A DNA stretch of 63,928 nucleotides, counting the filler, from Octopus bimaculoides (lineage: Eukaryota), in assembly GCF_001194135.2 (NCBI RefSeq). It is 4 parts of 4 records of this genome, joined end to end, with 100 filler letters (N's around TTAATTAATTAA, not from the genome) between each part and the next. Parts side by side here need not be neighbours in the genome. Positions count along the whole stretch, not along the records: positions 1 to 30,358 come from NC_068986.1; 3 more parts are not named here. One strand, 5' to 3'. The first letter of the stretch is position 1. Every line of letters begins with the position of its first letter. A program made the position numbers and the translations under genes. The notes under the pieces were generated by a model. The model ran no database searches and had not been told where the DNA came from. It saw only the letters and a list, made by a program, of their open reading frames with translations. Positions 1-12,249 of the stretch are shown piece by piece.

Positions 1-54
1 AATGGTGTTCGTGAATTCTTTACAATTACTATTCATTTTATATTGGATTCAAAT

Positions 55-265
55 TTTGGCTCAAGGCCAGAAATTTCCGGCGGGGTGGGGTAGGATGGGG
101 TGTAGGTGCAAGCCGATTAGATCGACTCCAGTGGTCGACTGATATTTAGTTTATCGATCCCACGATGATGAAAGACATTTGAACTCAGAACATGAAGACG
201 GACGAAATGCCGCTAAACATTTTGCCCGGCGTTGCTAACGATTCTCCCAGCTCGTCGCCTTTACT
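55..265 (-). mobile_element. SINE family A copy
   Basis: Reverse complement of the core aaggcggcgagctggcagaatcgttagcacgccgggcgaaatgcttagcgg...gttctgagttcaaattccgccgagg, shared by about 20 copies in the window. Confidence 0.85.
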
Positions 266-905
266 ATTTATTTCATATTGCCATTTGTGAACAACAGCGT
301 CGTAAGTTATAGGCTTCCAGTAGGCCTGTCACTGATTCAGTGCTTTTCCGGCGGTGAATGGGACAAGGGAGTATCCACGGGCCTATCGGTTTATCGATGA
401 TGCTTATATCCATCGCTGATGCAGCCGAAGTACAGCAGCGAAAGATGTAAGTAGCATGCGCGCACGCATAATCACACATAGAATGAGAGACAAATGAACA
501 GATAGATAAACAGACAGACAGACGTCGGGTTTCCACACAATTCCATCGACTGAAATCTACTCTCAAAGTATTGTGTAACTCGAAGTTATCGTATAAGACA
601 CATGCTTCTAGGTGCATCTCAGTGGAATCGAACTCAGAACTACATAGGTACGAAGTGAACTTCTTAACCACACAGCCCTTATAGTTTATTATTTCGGCCC
701 AATATCTCAGTCTTCCGAGATTTTACTAGTGTCAGATCTATGATTTAGGATTAAGTTTGTGAGAGATAAATTTTGATGTCACTTTCTGAAATCGATGGCA
801 GCAGTGGAGCGCGTCTACGTTGTTGAAAATACAGTATGCCAATAAAACTAGTCTGGTGTAGTCTGGGATCTAAATATATATAAAATAATAATAATAATAA
901 TAATA

Positions 906-956
<51 letters not shown>

Positions 957-1189
957 AAGTGGCTGCTTAGAATCCTACCGCTTAAAATCCATGTTATGCA
1001 ATTAAATTCAGGTGACATCATAACGAATGATGAAGCAGGCGTGGTTTACTTCGAAATGAAAACACGCTTTATCATGAAACAAGTTCTCTTTATTTAGTAA
1101 ATTTCTACTGAGACGTGAAAACAATAATTAAATGAAACAGAAATATATTTGATGTTGTAAGTTAAGTATTTAATTTTTGTTACCTTTTT

Positions 1190-1610
1190 AAACAAAGGCA
1201 ATGTTCTTCGAGGTGGAAGAAATAACTTTTAAGAAACAACTAATGATGATGTNNNNNNNNNNNNNNNNNNNNNNNNNNNNNNNNNNNNNNNNNNNNNNNN
1301 NNNNNNNNNNNNNNNNNNNNNNNNNNNNNNNNNNNNNNNNNNNNNNNNNNNNNNNNNNNNNNNNNNNNNNNNNNNNNNNNNNNNNNNNNNNNNNNNNNNN
1401 NNNNNNNNNNNNNNNNNNNNNNNNNNNNNNNNNNNNNNNNNNNNNNNNNNNNNNNNNNNNNNNNNNNNNCATAATGCAAATAAGATGGAAATCATTATTT
1501 TATTTAAATTCTTTGGTTGAAATTCTCTAAGATTTCTTTAGGAAAGGACTATCTTCACTGCAACACAGTTTGTTGTTGATGTATAGCTCCAGGTCAATTC
1601 TGGAAAGCCT
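1190..1610 (-). mobile_element. Possible very old Penelope GIY-YIG remnant
   Basis: Weak motifs (KLCCSE, NFNQRI..SYLH) either side of a gap; resembles 40720-40760. Confidence 0.3.
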
Positions 1611-1681
1611 TTGATGTGTTGCTTCTTACTCCACTGTTACTTTTATTTCTGAAGAAAATCTCTCCCCTTAGGTGAACGCAC

Positions 1682-3063
1682 ACCAAGTCACTATACATGT
1701 TATATTTAAAAAAAAAAAAGATTAAATAAAACCGAGTTAATTGGTAAATACCGCCATGAGATTAAATTTTACTTAGCTATAGAGTACTCAAAATGGATTG
1801 AGAAAACAGACGTAAATCGAAGTCATGCTGGAAGTTATCAACTACAACCTTAGATGTAGCCAACAGGAAATCCGCAACACTATTACTTAGCTTCAACCGA
1901 CCTTATTGGGTTTATTCTAACCAGTTACTCTCGACTAAACATATATTCAAACTTGGACTAAACTAACTCAGTTATCTTCAGTTAAAAAAACCGCATCAGG
2001 ATTATAAATGTTCATACAGTCGATGCCAGCCTTAAAGCCAAACATGCACACAAAAATTAAAATTTAATAACATTCTTTTTATCCTTTTTGTGAACGTATT
2101 TCTAAAGAAATATTATCTGTAGGTTTCGATTTGTTAAATTAATCAAGTATTTGGAAGTATTTACTGAACTATCTTCTCTAGCATTAAGTAAATGTTTGGA
2201 AGAAAACAACAAAGTATTGGTTTTAAATTTTGGCAGAAGATCACCAATTTCGGGTGAGGGGAAAATTCGATTACATCAACCCCAGTACTTAACTGGTACT
2301 TATTTTATCCACCACAAAAGGATGAAAGGCAAAGTCAACCTCGGCGGTATTTGAACTCCGAACGCCAAGACGGACGAAATGCCGCTAAGCATTTTGCCCG
2401 GCCTGCTAATGATTCTGTCAGCTCACCACCTTTAACACAACAAAACATTTTCACATGAAATAGTTACAGAGGGCTTAAATTTCTAGATACTTGAAAATGG
2501 ATAGTTTTGTATCGTAGAAACAAGGGTGGTCTCAGGTAAGTTAGTATCAAAAGGATTAAACAGATGGAGTGTAGAGCTATTGAAGTTTGAATTGCTGGAG
2601 ACGTCACATTAACTTCAGGATAATGAATTTGGAGGAGCATTGGTATGCAATCGAACCCATTCGGATTGTGATTAATCAATTTCCACCATGAAAGTAATTC
2701 ACATCCAATTTCTTAACCATGATCAATTTTAAGTATTTAGCAATATATACATTAATGGCAGCCTTTTTTGTAATCTATGCAACGAAAGAAAGTATCTCGT
2801 CTTGACCAAGTCACTAGACATTTTATATTTAGAAAACAAAAGATTAAATAAAACCGAGTTAATTGGTAAATGCCGCCATGAAAATAAATTTTACTTAGCT
2901 ATAGAGTACTCAAAATGGATTGAGAAAACAGACGTAAATCGACGTCATGCTGGAAGTTATCAATCACAACCTTAGATGTAGCCAACAGGAAATCTATTGC
3001 TTAGCTTCAACCGACCTTATTGGGTTTATTCTAACCAGTTACTCTCGGCTAAACATATATTCA
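1682..3063. repeat. Pair of ~260-bp direct repeats (1682-1949 and 2805-3063)
   Basis: accaagtcact...aaacatatattca occurs twice with a few substitutions and one short indel. Confidence 0.9.
2225..2432 (-). mobile_element. SINE family A copy
   Basis: Matches the family A core (ggatgaaaggcaaagtcaacctcggcggtatttgaactc...). Confidence 0.85.
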
Positions 3064-4849
3064 GACACGAAATTATAATTAATGAAATATAAAGTGAAGT
3101 AGGTAAAACTAAAGCAAATAATAACACACACACACACACACACANNNNNNNNNNNNNNNNNNNNNNNNNNNNNNNNNNNNNNNNNNNNNNNNNNNNNNNN
3201 NNNNNNNNNNNNNNNNNNNNNNNNNNNNNNNNNNNNNNNNNNNNNNNNNNNNNNNNNNNNNNNNNNNNNNNNNNNNNNNNNNNNNNNNNNNNNNNNNNNN
3301 NNNNNNNNNNNNNNNNNNNNNNNNNNNNNNNNNNNNNNNNNNNNNNNNNNNNNNNNNNNNNNNNNNNNNNNNNNNNNNNNNNNNNNNNNNNNNNNNNNNN
3401 NNNNNNNNNNNNNNNNNNNNNNNNNNNNNNNNNNNNNNNNNNNNNNNNNNNNNNNNNNNNNNNNNNNNNNNNNNNNNNNNNNNNNNNNNNNNNNNNNNNN
3501 NNNNNNNNNNNNNNNNNNNNNNNNNNNNNNNNNNNNNNNNNNNNNNNNNNNNNNNNNNNNNNNNNNNNNNNNNNNNNNNNNNNNNNNNNNNNNNNNNNNN
3601 NNNNNNNNNNNNNNNNNNNNNNNNNNNNNNNNNNNNNNNNNNNNNNNNNNNNNNNNNNNNNNNNNNNNNNNNNNNNNNNNNNNNNNNNNNNNNNNNNNNN
3701 NNNNNNNNNNNNNNNNNNNNNNNNNNNNNNNNNNNNNNNNGTAAGAGAACAATCTTGATAATATATATATTGAGGAAAACGGACGAGACACGAGTGCCAT
3801 GAGTCTCAGAAAGAAAGAACTTTAATAAAGACCACTTTAGAGAAGTGTCATCTTAAGGTGTGTGTACTCTGGGAAGTTCCCGGTTTCCTACTGTTATAGG
3901 GAATCTAAGACTAATCTATGTCTATAATAATAAACGCCAAATTCTGTCCATCCGGGACCCCTGTATCTCAGTCTACAATTGCTCTACATAGGCATATTAT
4001 ACCTTTTCGGAATCAGGATGATCCTGGGATTGAAAATCTGCCTTCATTTGGTTCTTGAACATCCAGCATTGGGATCTGATTTAAAAGCATTTGGATTGTT
4101 ATTTCTAGCAGGTAAGGCTTGACAGATTCACGCCATTTTGGTTGGCATTTGTCCGATGACATCAGAGATCAAGCGGGATATAAATGACTTTCGCTTCGTT
4201 AATTTTACGTCGAGATCAGAACTTTGGGAGAAATTGGCGAACAATTGGAATTCAACTTGGGCCTGGAACAATAGAATTATTGCATTACAGAATTAATTCT
4301 CATCCGCCCTTAACCTCTGATGAAGTACCACTGGGACATATAGTCATTATAGACGTATTATAGTCATGCTATTTAACTGTGTTTAGTCTTAGGCCGTAGG
4401 CCCCATTAGCCCTCTGTAGGAGCTAGCTCAAAAGTCCGCACGGAGTACGGCTTTAAAGCTAGTGTGCTATAACTGTGCATGAAGAAACCCCAGCGCATTG
4501 CATTATCCGGAGGATTGCAATGCTGTCAATGCGACCCTACGTTTGCGAGCTATCAACAATAATGAAGAGATTCACCTCAGAGTCTTAGCTAAAGCTCCAA
4601 AATACACAAGTACAATTTTGGATAGTCTAATTTGTGGAAATGATCGTATCGAGCAATGATCAAAGATGTGTACCCTGATGCCCCATCCCATCTTACAAGT
4701 TGATAAATTTTCATTCTTGTGTGTCTAGGTTGGCCTTATTCGTTTTATTTGCATTTATTCGTAAACATCTTAAACACAGCCATACATGAATAAAAGATTG
4801 CTTTAAACGTTTTAAACTCACATACATTTCAATCTGATATTGTTTTCAA

Positions 4850-5290
4850 ATTTTGGCACAAGGCCAGCAATATCGGGGGAGGATATAAGTTGATTGTTGA
4901 TTACATCGACCCCGGAGTTCAATTGGAACTTATTTTATCGACCTCCTAAAGGGTGAAAGGCAAAGCCTACCGCAGCAGAATTTGAACTCAGAACATAAAG
5001 ACAGACGAAATGCCGCTAACGACTCTGCCAGCTCACCGCCTTACTTTTAAATCTAATCTTATGGTTGCTTTTAAGGCAGCGAGCTGAGAGAATCGTTCCC
5101 ACGTCGGACAAAATGCTTAGCAGTATTTCGTCCGTCTTTACGTTCTGAGTTCAATTTCCGCTGAGGTAGACTTTACCTTTCATCCTTTCGGGGGTCGATA
5201 AAATACGTACCTGTTGAGCACTGGGGTCGAACTCACCCGAACTTGCTGGCTTTGTACCAAAATTTGAAACCAATATTATGGCTGCTTTAG
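4850..5290. mobile_element. Head-to-head pair of family A SINEs (- copy 4850-5045, + copy 5073-5290)
   Basis: Two copies in opposite orientation, heads about 30 nt apart. Confidence 0.85.
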
Positions 5291-6117
5291 TTGGCCACTC
5301 CTTTCAGCTTAGTTTTGTTTCTGATTTAGGCACAAGGCCAACAATTTAGAGAGGCGGGATTTAGTATATAACATCGACACCAATGCTTAACTGACAAACG
5401 ATGCTTGATAACACAAAGCTCAGCGAAGGGAAACGCAGAAAAGCAGATACGGAATTATTGGTAAGAACATTGGGCTCTTATGAACTCACGCAACATAAAC
5501 CCGATGGGTTTATTAGTTTCATAGTCAGTCTAGTTTTCACATGTAACTCAGTGCAGTAAATTTACTTTTGGTGAAACTCCAGTGCAGAATATTGTTTCAG
5601 GTTATGCATTTCTATAAGCACAATACTTTGTGAGCATATAAGATAACGAGTTTACCGATAGAATAAAGTGCAAATATCGCCCTGCAGGCTACCTCTTAGA
5701 TAATGCATAGTATCGGGTTTCATTCGTTTGTTATCATATCTGAGTAATAAATTGCTGCACTAAACGTTGGTTAAGTGTTGAATAGCACTTACAATTGGGT
5801 GTGGAATTTGGGCTGATTGTAAATGCTTTGATAACCCACCCATATAGTTGATATATTATGGAAGGAAACTTTAACACGCCGGTCGAAATGCTTAGCGGTA
5901 TTTCGTCTGTCTTAACGTTCTGAATTCAAATTCCGGATATTATTCTGGATATTTCCCCTGCATTTCTTGTATCCCAGTTCCTCTATCCTGCTTTAATAAC
6001 GTCTATAAATCTGCAAGATTTCTCGTACGATTCGTTCTGTAGTCCGCTGATGACTGTATCACGAGGGTGCATTTGTATCGAAATCTGTTTTTCACCAGAA
6101 GCATAATCGTGTCCAAA

Positions 6118-6430
6118 GCAAAATCGACCTCAATAGAATTTGAACTCAGAATGTAAAATCGGAATAAAAGCCGCTAAGCATTTTATCCGGGGTGCTAACG
6201 ATTCTGCCCGCTAGCATTATTAAGGCGGCGAGCTGACAGAATCGTTAAGCACGCCGGGAAAAATGCTTAGCGGCATTTCTCCTGTCGTTATGTTCTGAGT
6301 TCAAATTCCGCCGAGGTCGACTTTGCTTTTCATCTTTTTGGAGTCGATAAACTAAGTACCAGGTGCGTACTGGGGTCGATCTAATTGACTGGCCCCCTCC
6401 CCGAAAATTTCGGACCTTGTGCCTAGAGTA
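6118..6430. mobile_element. Head-to-head pair of family A SINEs (- fragment 6118-6213, + copy 6221-6430)
   Basis: Opposite-orientation copies nearly abutting at their heads. Confidence 0.8.
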
Positions 6431-6531
6431 GAAAAGATATATTATCGAAGGTTTTGTGGTTCTTTATCGTTTCTTCTTCTATCATGCCGACGATTAGTTG
6501 CTATTCTATCTATCTATCTATCTATCTATCT

Positions 6532-6765
6532 TATTTCTTTATTGCCCACAAGGGGCTAAACATAGAAGGGACAAACAAGGACAGACAAAATGATTAAGTC
6601 GATTACATCAACTCCAGTGCGTAACTGGTACTTAATTTATCGACCCCGAAAGGATGAAAGGCAAAATCGGACCTCGGCGGAATTTGAACTCAGAACCCGT
6701 TACGGCAGACGAAATACCGCTAAGCATTTCGCCCGGCGTGCTAACGTTTCTGCCAGCTCGTCGCC

Positions 6766-6767
<2 letters not shown>
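6532..6767 (-). mobile_element. SINE family A copy flanked by (TATC)n
   Basis: Family A core with CpGs intact and the tail variant ttatttctttattgcccacaagggg. Confidence 0.9.
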
Positions 6768-6844
<77 letters not shown>

Positions 6845-7285
6845 CCCATCCATCCAGCCATCATCATCGTCATCGTCATCATCATCATCATGCTCTAGAA
6901 ATTACTGTCTCGAGCCCTGGAACCCATACGGCTCTTACCCGGTTTCCATGGCATATAAGTGACCGAGAGCACAATATTCTCCCTGAACAGGACGCCAATC
7001 CGTCGCGGGACTCATTTACAGCTGAATGGCCTGGGACATGAGTGACGTGAAGTGGAGCGTTTTGCTCAAAAACGTAACGCATCACCCGATCCGTAAATCA
7101 AAGCCACAATCTTACGACCGTGAGCACAACACCCTAACCACATCGCCACGCGCTCCCACTGCCCCATATATCTTTATACTCATAGCTTACTCCCAGATTG
7201 CTCAGGTGCGATAATGCTGTTGGTGGAGCAATGACATTGTTAAAACAAATTGAGACTCCTCGTCCTTATCGTAGACATAAGATTG

Positions 7286-7353
7286 CATATGGCGTAGTGG
7301 TTAAGAGCGCGGGTTACTCACCCCAAGATTCCGAGTTCGATTCCAGGTAGTGA

Positions 7354-7395
<42 letters not shown>

Positions 7396-7566
7396 CAACA
7401 ACAACATCGAAAAGTACTTTAGGAATGAGAACCCAGGTTTGAAATTTCTCCAAGACACCTGATGAAGGCTGGAGGGTATATCAGCCGAAACGTTGTGTTA
7501 ACAACAAACAAGATGAGGACAAATATCCATCAAATGTAAATAATGTAAATAATGTAAATAATGTAA
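7286..7566 (+). mobile_element. Composite element: tRNA-like Pol III head, (AAT)n, hammerhead-like 3' module
   Basis: A box TGGCGTAGTGG (7290-7300), B box GAGTTCGATTCC (7333-7344), (AAT)n/(AAC)n, CTGATGA...GAAAC module, then tandem aatgtaaat repeats running into a gap. Confidence 0.65.
7454..7499 (+). ncRNA. Minimal type I hammerhead ribozyme-like motif
   Basis: Stem I GACAC/GTGTT; core CTGATGA with one extra A; stem II GGCTG/CAGCC with a 10-nt loop; GAAA; loopless palindromic stem III ACGT; cleavage triplet GUU. Confidence 0.6.
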
Positions 7567-8695
7567 NNNNNNNNNNNNNNNNNNNNNNNNNNNNNNNNNN
7601 NNNNNNNNNNNNNNNNNNNNNNNNNNNNNNNNNNNNNNNNNNNNNNNNNNNNNNNNNNNNNNNNNNNNNNNNNNNNNNNNNNNNNNNNNNNNNNNNNNNN
7701 NNNNNNNNNNNNNNNNNNNNNNNNNNNNNNNNNNNNNNNNNNNNNNNNNNNNNNNNNNNNNNNNNNNNNNNNNNNNNNNNNNNNNNNNNNNNNNNNNNNN
7801 NNNNNNNNNNNNNNNNNNNNNNNNNNNNNNNNNNNNNNNNNNNNNNNNNNNNNNNNNNNNNNNNNNNNNNNNNNNNNNNNNNNNNNNNNNNNNNNNNNNN
7901 NNNNNNNNNNNNNNNNNNNNNNNNNNNNNNNNNNNNNNNNTATATATATATATATATATATATATATGACAAAGAAACGGGGAACCAGCCCTGTGCTCTT
8001 TACGGAGTACTGTGGACTAACCTTATTTTAGCTAGGTGTGTAATTTAGCTGTTTTTCGAAGTAAGAAAAGTATGGTCAGTACGCAACTTTTTGGTTACGT
8101 CTGCGTCAATCTTAAGCCATGACTTCCGACATCGTTTCTGTTGGAGGTTACACAAAGCGACACTTCACATTCTGCTATTTCACTTTTGTCTGTTATTTTA
8201 ATTAGACCAAATTACCATAACCTCCGCACATTTTCAATAAGGAACATTGACTACATTTTCTGCGCTCTTACTTCCAACCATTGATCTTCCTCCCTCTGTA
8301 CAAATTTGCTCGGCTCATGGTGCTCGTAGAAGGAAGTTTACTCGGCTCAGCGCATCTAGTGTGTATTTTGAAGCTTTCCGTACTTACATTATCCACAGCA
8401 ATTACTCATGGTCACAGTGTCTGACACACTTGGTTTCTGCACTTCCTTCAAAACACCTACCAAACTACATACGCTAATCACCAGAAATCTTGTTATACAA
8501 TGGATTGAGAAAATACGGTTCCTTCTCAGCACCTAACAATGAAAAATGGCAACCGCACCATATTAAACTCACTTGAGTTTTGAGTTGTCAACACAGCTCG
8601 ATACCGCCTTATATTCAGAATCACTTTAATATGTACTCGCATTCACGTATACAACCGTTCAGATTCTCTTTTCTAAGATGCTTATTACATTCATT

Positions 8696-9066
8696 GTGGA
8701 GGCGCAATGGCCCAGTGGTTACGGCAGCGGACTCGCGGTCATAGCATCGCGGTTTCGATTCCCAGACCGGGCGTTGTGAATGTTTATTGAGCGGAAACAC
8801 CTAAAGCTCCACGAAGCTCCGGCAGGGGTTGGTGGCGAACCCTGCTGTACTCTTCCACCACAACTTTCTCTCACTATTACTTCCTGTTTCTGTTGTGCCT
8901 GTAATTCAAAGGGTCAGCCTTGTCACACTGTGTCACGCTGAATATCCCCGATATCCACGTGTCTGTGGAGTGCTCAGCCACTTGCACGTTAATTTCATGA
9001 GCAGGCTGTTCCGTTGATCGGATCAACTGGAACCCTCGACATCGTAAGCGACGGAGTGCCAACAAC
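8696..9066 (+). mobile_element. tRNA-derived SINE, family B, with TSD
   Basis: Head GGAGGCGCAATGGCCCAGTGG (A box) and GGTTTCGATTCC (B box), (AAC)n tail, TSD attacattcatt at 8684-8695 and 9067-9078. Confidence 0.9.
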
Positions 9067-10523
9067 ATTACATTCATTAAATTCATCTTTGTGTGTATAA
9101 TCAAAACCACATATTCGCTATTTATCTGTCATTTTTCCACATGTCAACATCAGTAGCACAACCTGCTACACTTACATCTTAATTTCGGTCGTTGTCAAGC
9201 AACCAACTCTTTGATGGGTGGTTGAGTAATATAGCATGTCTATGCTTCAGTTTGAACCCAAACTGTTTGTTTTCTAGTTGCGAAAATTTTCATAAATGCA
9301 AACAGGAATTTTCAGATTGAGTAATGATGTCAGCAGACATGAGGTCTATGAAATTATATATAAACATGTCAAGTATTTTCGAGTGATGACACCACCGCTG
9401 TTCTGTCTAGTCAGATTTGTTCAGGAGTTCAATAAAAGAAAGTAGGTTTGGAGAATAGAAAAGACAAGAGTTTGACAGGCAGACGTGAGTAGCTTAGCGT
9501 AACAACCGGCAAATTTTCGCATTTTACAGAATCTCGACAGTTAGGACTGTCAAAATTCAGTGTTAGAAAAAGAACTGTTTGCACTAATTCTACCATATTC
9601 ATCCCTTTCACATACATATTCTTACTCCTCTCTTAACAACCATACTTCTTCAATGAACAAAACTTTCCAACGTTATTTTCTTTTCTTTTCTTTTCTTTTC
9701 CTGGAACCGTCGTGTTCCATGTACACTTTTGGCAAACATTCTACTAAGCTTTTTGTTGTATATCTAGAGGGCCATTGCACCCATAATAAACAAACGCAGT
9801 GGTTCTTTAAAAAAATGCATGAATAAAAAAAAAATAAATAAAGAAGTGAAATAGCATTAGTGTGTGTGTTTATTATTGACATAGTAACCCTTCCGAGGTA
9901 CAACAAAATATGTCCCAGCACACGAGTCCACATCAAGAATCTGGCAAGTTAAATACAAAAATGACTGTTAAACATAATAAATTCATATTTTAATTTTTCA
10001 GCTTTAATTATAAATTTTTGATTAAGCTGATGTAGTTTGGAGCTTCGTGCTTTCAATCTCTTTGTTCTTTTAATTTCTATTTTATATTTTCCTGCTGGGG
10101 TTTGTTTTATTTTATTTATTTATTTATTTATTTATTTTTAGTCCCATCAGGCGGTGTTGACGAAATTTCAACTATCGATACAATCTACACGTTTCTATTT
10201 TATTATTATTTTTTTTTTAGCATTTAACGTCTTCACGAGATAATTTCACAGGCCGAGTACCGCAGTCTACGGCGTTCGTAACAACATGTTCAAATTAAGT
10301 TGGATGTGTAAATTAATATTCGTATTGTCTGTGTTATATTTCGTGGCTTCGAAAATCAGAAAGGTTTCTCTGAAATGATAAAATTTTATTTTCCAATCTA
10401 TGGTTGTGCTCAAGCTTTGGCTGTTTCCTTGTATCTTGAATGCTATGCTTCAGCTCCTTATGTTGGATTAGCATAAATCTCCTGACAGCAGGAGATTTAG
10501 TCTTATGTTATAGAGATTTAAAT

Positions 10524-10526
<3 letters not shown>

Positions 10527-10587
<61 letters not shown>

Positions 10588-10608
10588 GGATGGATGGATG
10601 GATGGATG

Positions 10609-10668
<60 letters not shown>
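10527..10668. repeat. Compound microsatellite (GATA)n(GGAT)n(GATA)n
   Basis: Directly visible. Many other (GT)n, (AT)n, (TATC)n, (AAT)n, (CAT)n and (ATAC)n tracts occur, densest beyond 41 kb. Confidence 0.95.
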
Positions 10669-10669
<1 letters not shown>

Positions 10670-11054
10670 GTCTCTTTGAAACTGGGTCGGCTTTGCTACG
10701 AAATGTGAATAAATAACCAGATGAAGGATGGATTCATATAATCAAATAAAACCCCTGAAGACAGTGACCCAGCACAGATCAGTTATAAAAAGCAGTAAAA
10801 AAAAATTTTAATAAGCAATTTTTTTTTTCTTGCTTCTAACTTACAAAGTGTAATTAAGTTATATCAAAAGTTACATTAATGAATACATATTTCAAACTGA
10901 AAAGATTTTAGATGTATTTTTATTGAAGTATTACAATTGATAAAGAAGTATGACAAGTTACTTCCCTTTCGAAGTAAATTCTTAAAGCAGTTACCTCCCA
11001 TTACATCTGAAATTTTCCGTTACTTTCTCCGTCTTTCATCAATTTTAAATTAGA

Positions 11055-11280
11055 AAGGTGTCGAGCTGGCAGAAATGTTAGCACGCCGAGTGAAATGCTT
11101 AGCGGTATATCGTTTATCATTACGTTCTGAGTTCAATTTCCACTGAGGTCGACTTTGCCTTTCATCCTTCCGGGGTCGATAAATTAAGTACCAGCTACAC
11201 ACTGAGGTCGATGCTGTGCTCCAGCATGGTCGCAGTCAAATGACTGAAACAAGTATTAGAATAAAAGAAAGAATAAATAA
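11055..11280. mobile_element. Family A SINE (+) fused to a reversed fragment of another repeat (gctccagcatggtcgcagtcaaatgactgaaacaag)
   Basis: Family A core 11055-11210. The appended segment recurs in the opposite orientation at 50880-51090 and in the same orientation near 55735. Confidence 0.75.
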
Positions 11281-11765
11281 ATAAAATGGAATTGCTTCTG
11301 TTTTCTGAGTTATTCCCCTTGAGTAAGCCTTTTCTTGATTTGATTTTGGAAGTGTTGCTTGAGTTACCTCCCCTGAAGAGTAGAAGCAACTTTAAATTTA
11401 ATAGGAAGCTTCTACGTTAGAAACAACAGCAAAACTTTCCTCAAATAACACTCTACCGTCTTCAAATAGAAAACAATATGTTTAGGGGAAGAATCACAGT
11501 GGGCCAACGTTCTGGATTGACGGCTAGCACAGGATCCAGGACACAGTATGACAATACGAATGTCAAGAGGGAAAGAGTATTGTAAATCGAGAGTGAATTG
11601 TAGTAAGAGAATAAGAGACAGCTAGAGTGAAGCGGTAATTTAAATTAATTTAAATGAAATTAATTAATAATAAGAAATCATCTTTTGGTAATTCACTGCG
11701 GGAGATTGTATCATGGCATTGCTTTAACAATACACCAATTAACCTAAATAACTTATTGCATCTGG

Positions 11766-11826
<61 letters not shown>

Positions 11827-12249
11827 GTATTATAACAAACGCAAGGAACGGGTTAGGACTTTAGATCTGCGAGTTCCACAAATACTGCTGTCGGTATACA
11901 AAAGACGATTTTGAACTCCACTCGTCATGCCACCTCTGTGTCGGTCACTTTTCTCGGGCTACCGTCCTCAATGATGCAGACAAGCGTGTTTTGGAAGAAG
12001 ACAGTTTTTGGTTGTAGCTGGAATCAGTGGGACTATACCGATACGAGAGAGAGAAAGAAAAAAACGGTATCGTAATCTTCTCATTCCTAGACAGAAATTC
12101 TCTAATCTGACATGCGACCAGTAGCGATACTTTCTACTCTATTAACCTGAAAAAATCGGACACAGACCCCAAAATTGCAAGCTGCCAAAGTACAGGCTGC
12201 TCTTCATTAGACATTGACGACGCGAATGCTACTCTTAAACTGTTGCAGG

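Noticed and set aside
884-955. (AAT)n switching to (ATT)n, forming a palindrome
   Set aside because: Ordinary microsatellite strand switch in an AT-rich genome.
4017-4111. Possible + strand exon (MILGLKICLHLVLEHPALGSDLKAFGLLFLA, donor GTAAGG)
   Set aside because: Weak acceptor, no phase-compatible partner exons, no homology recognised.
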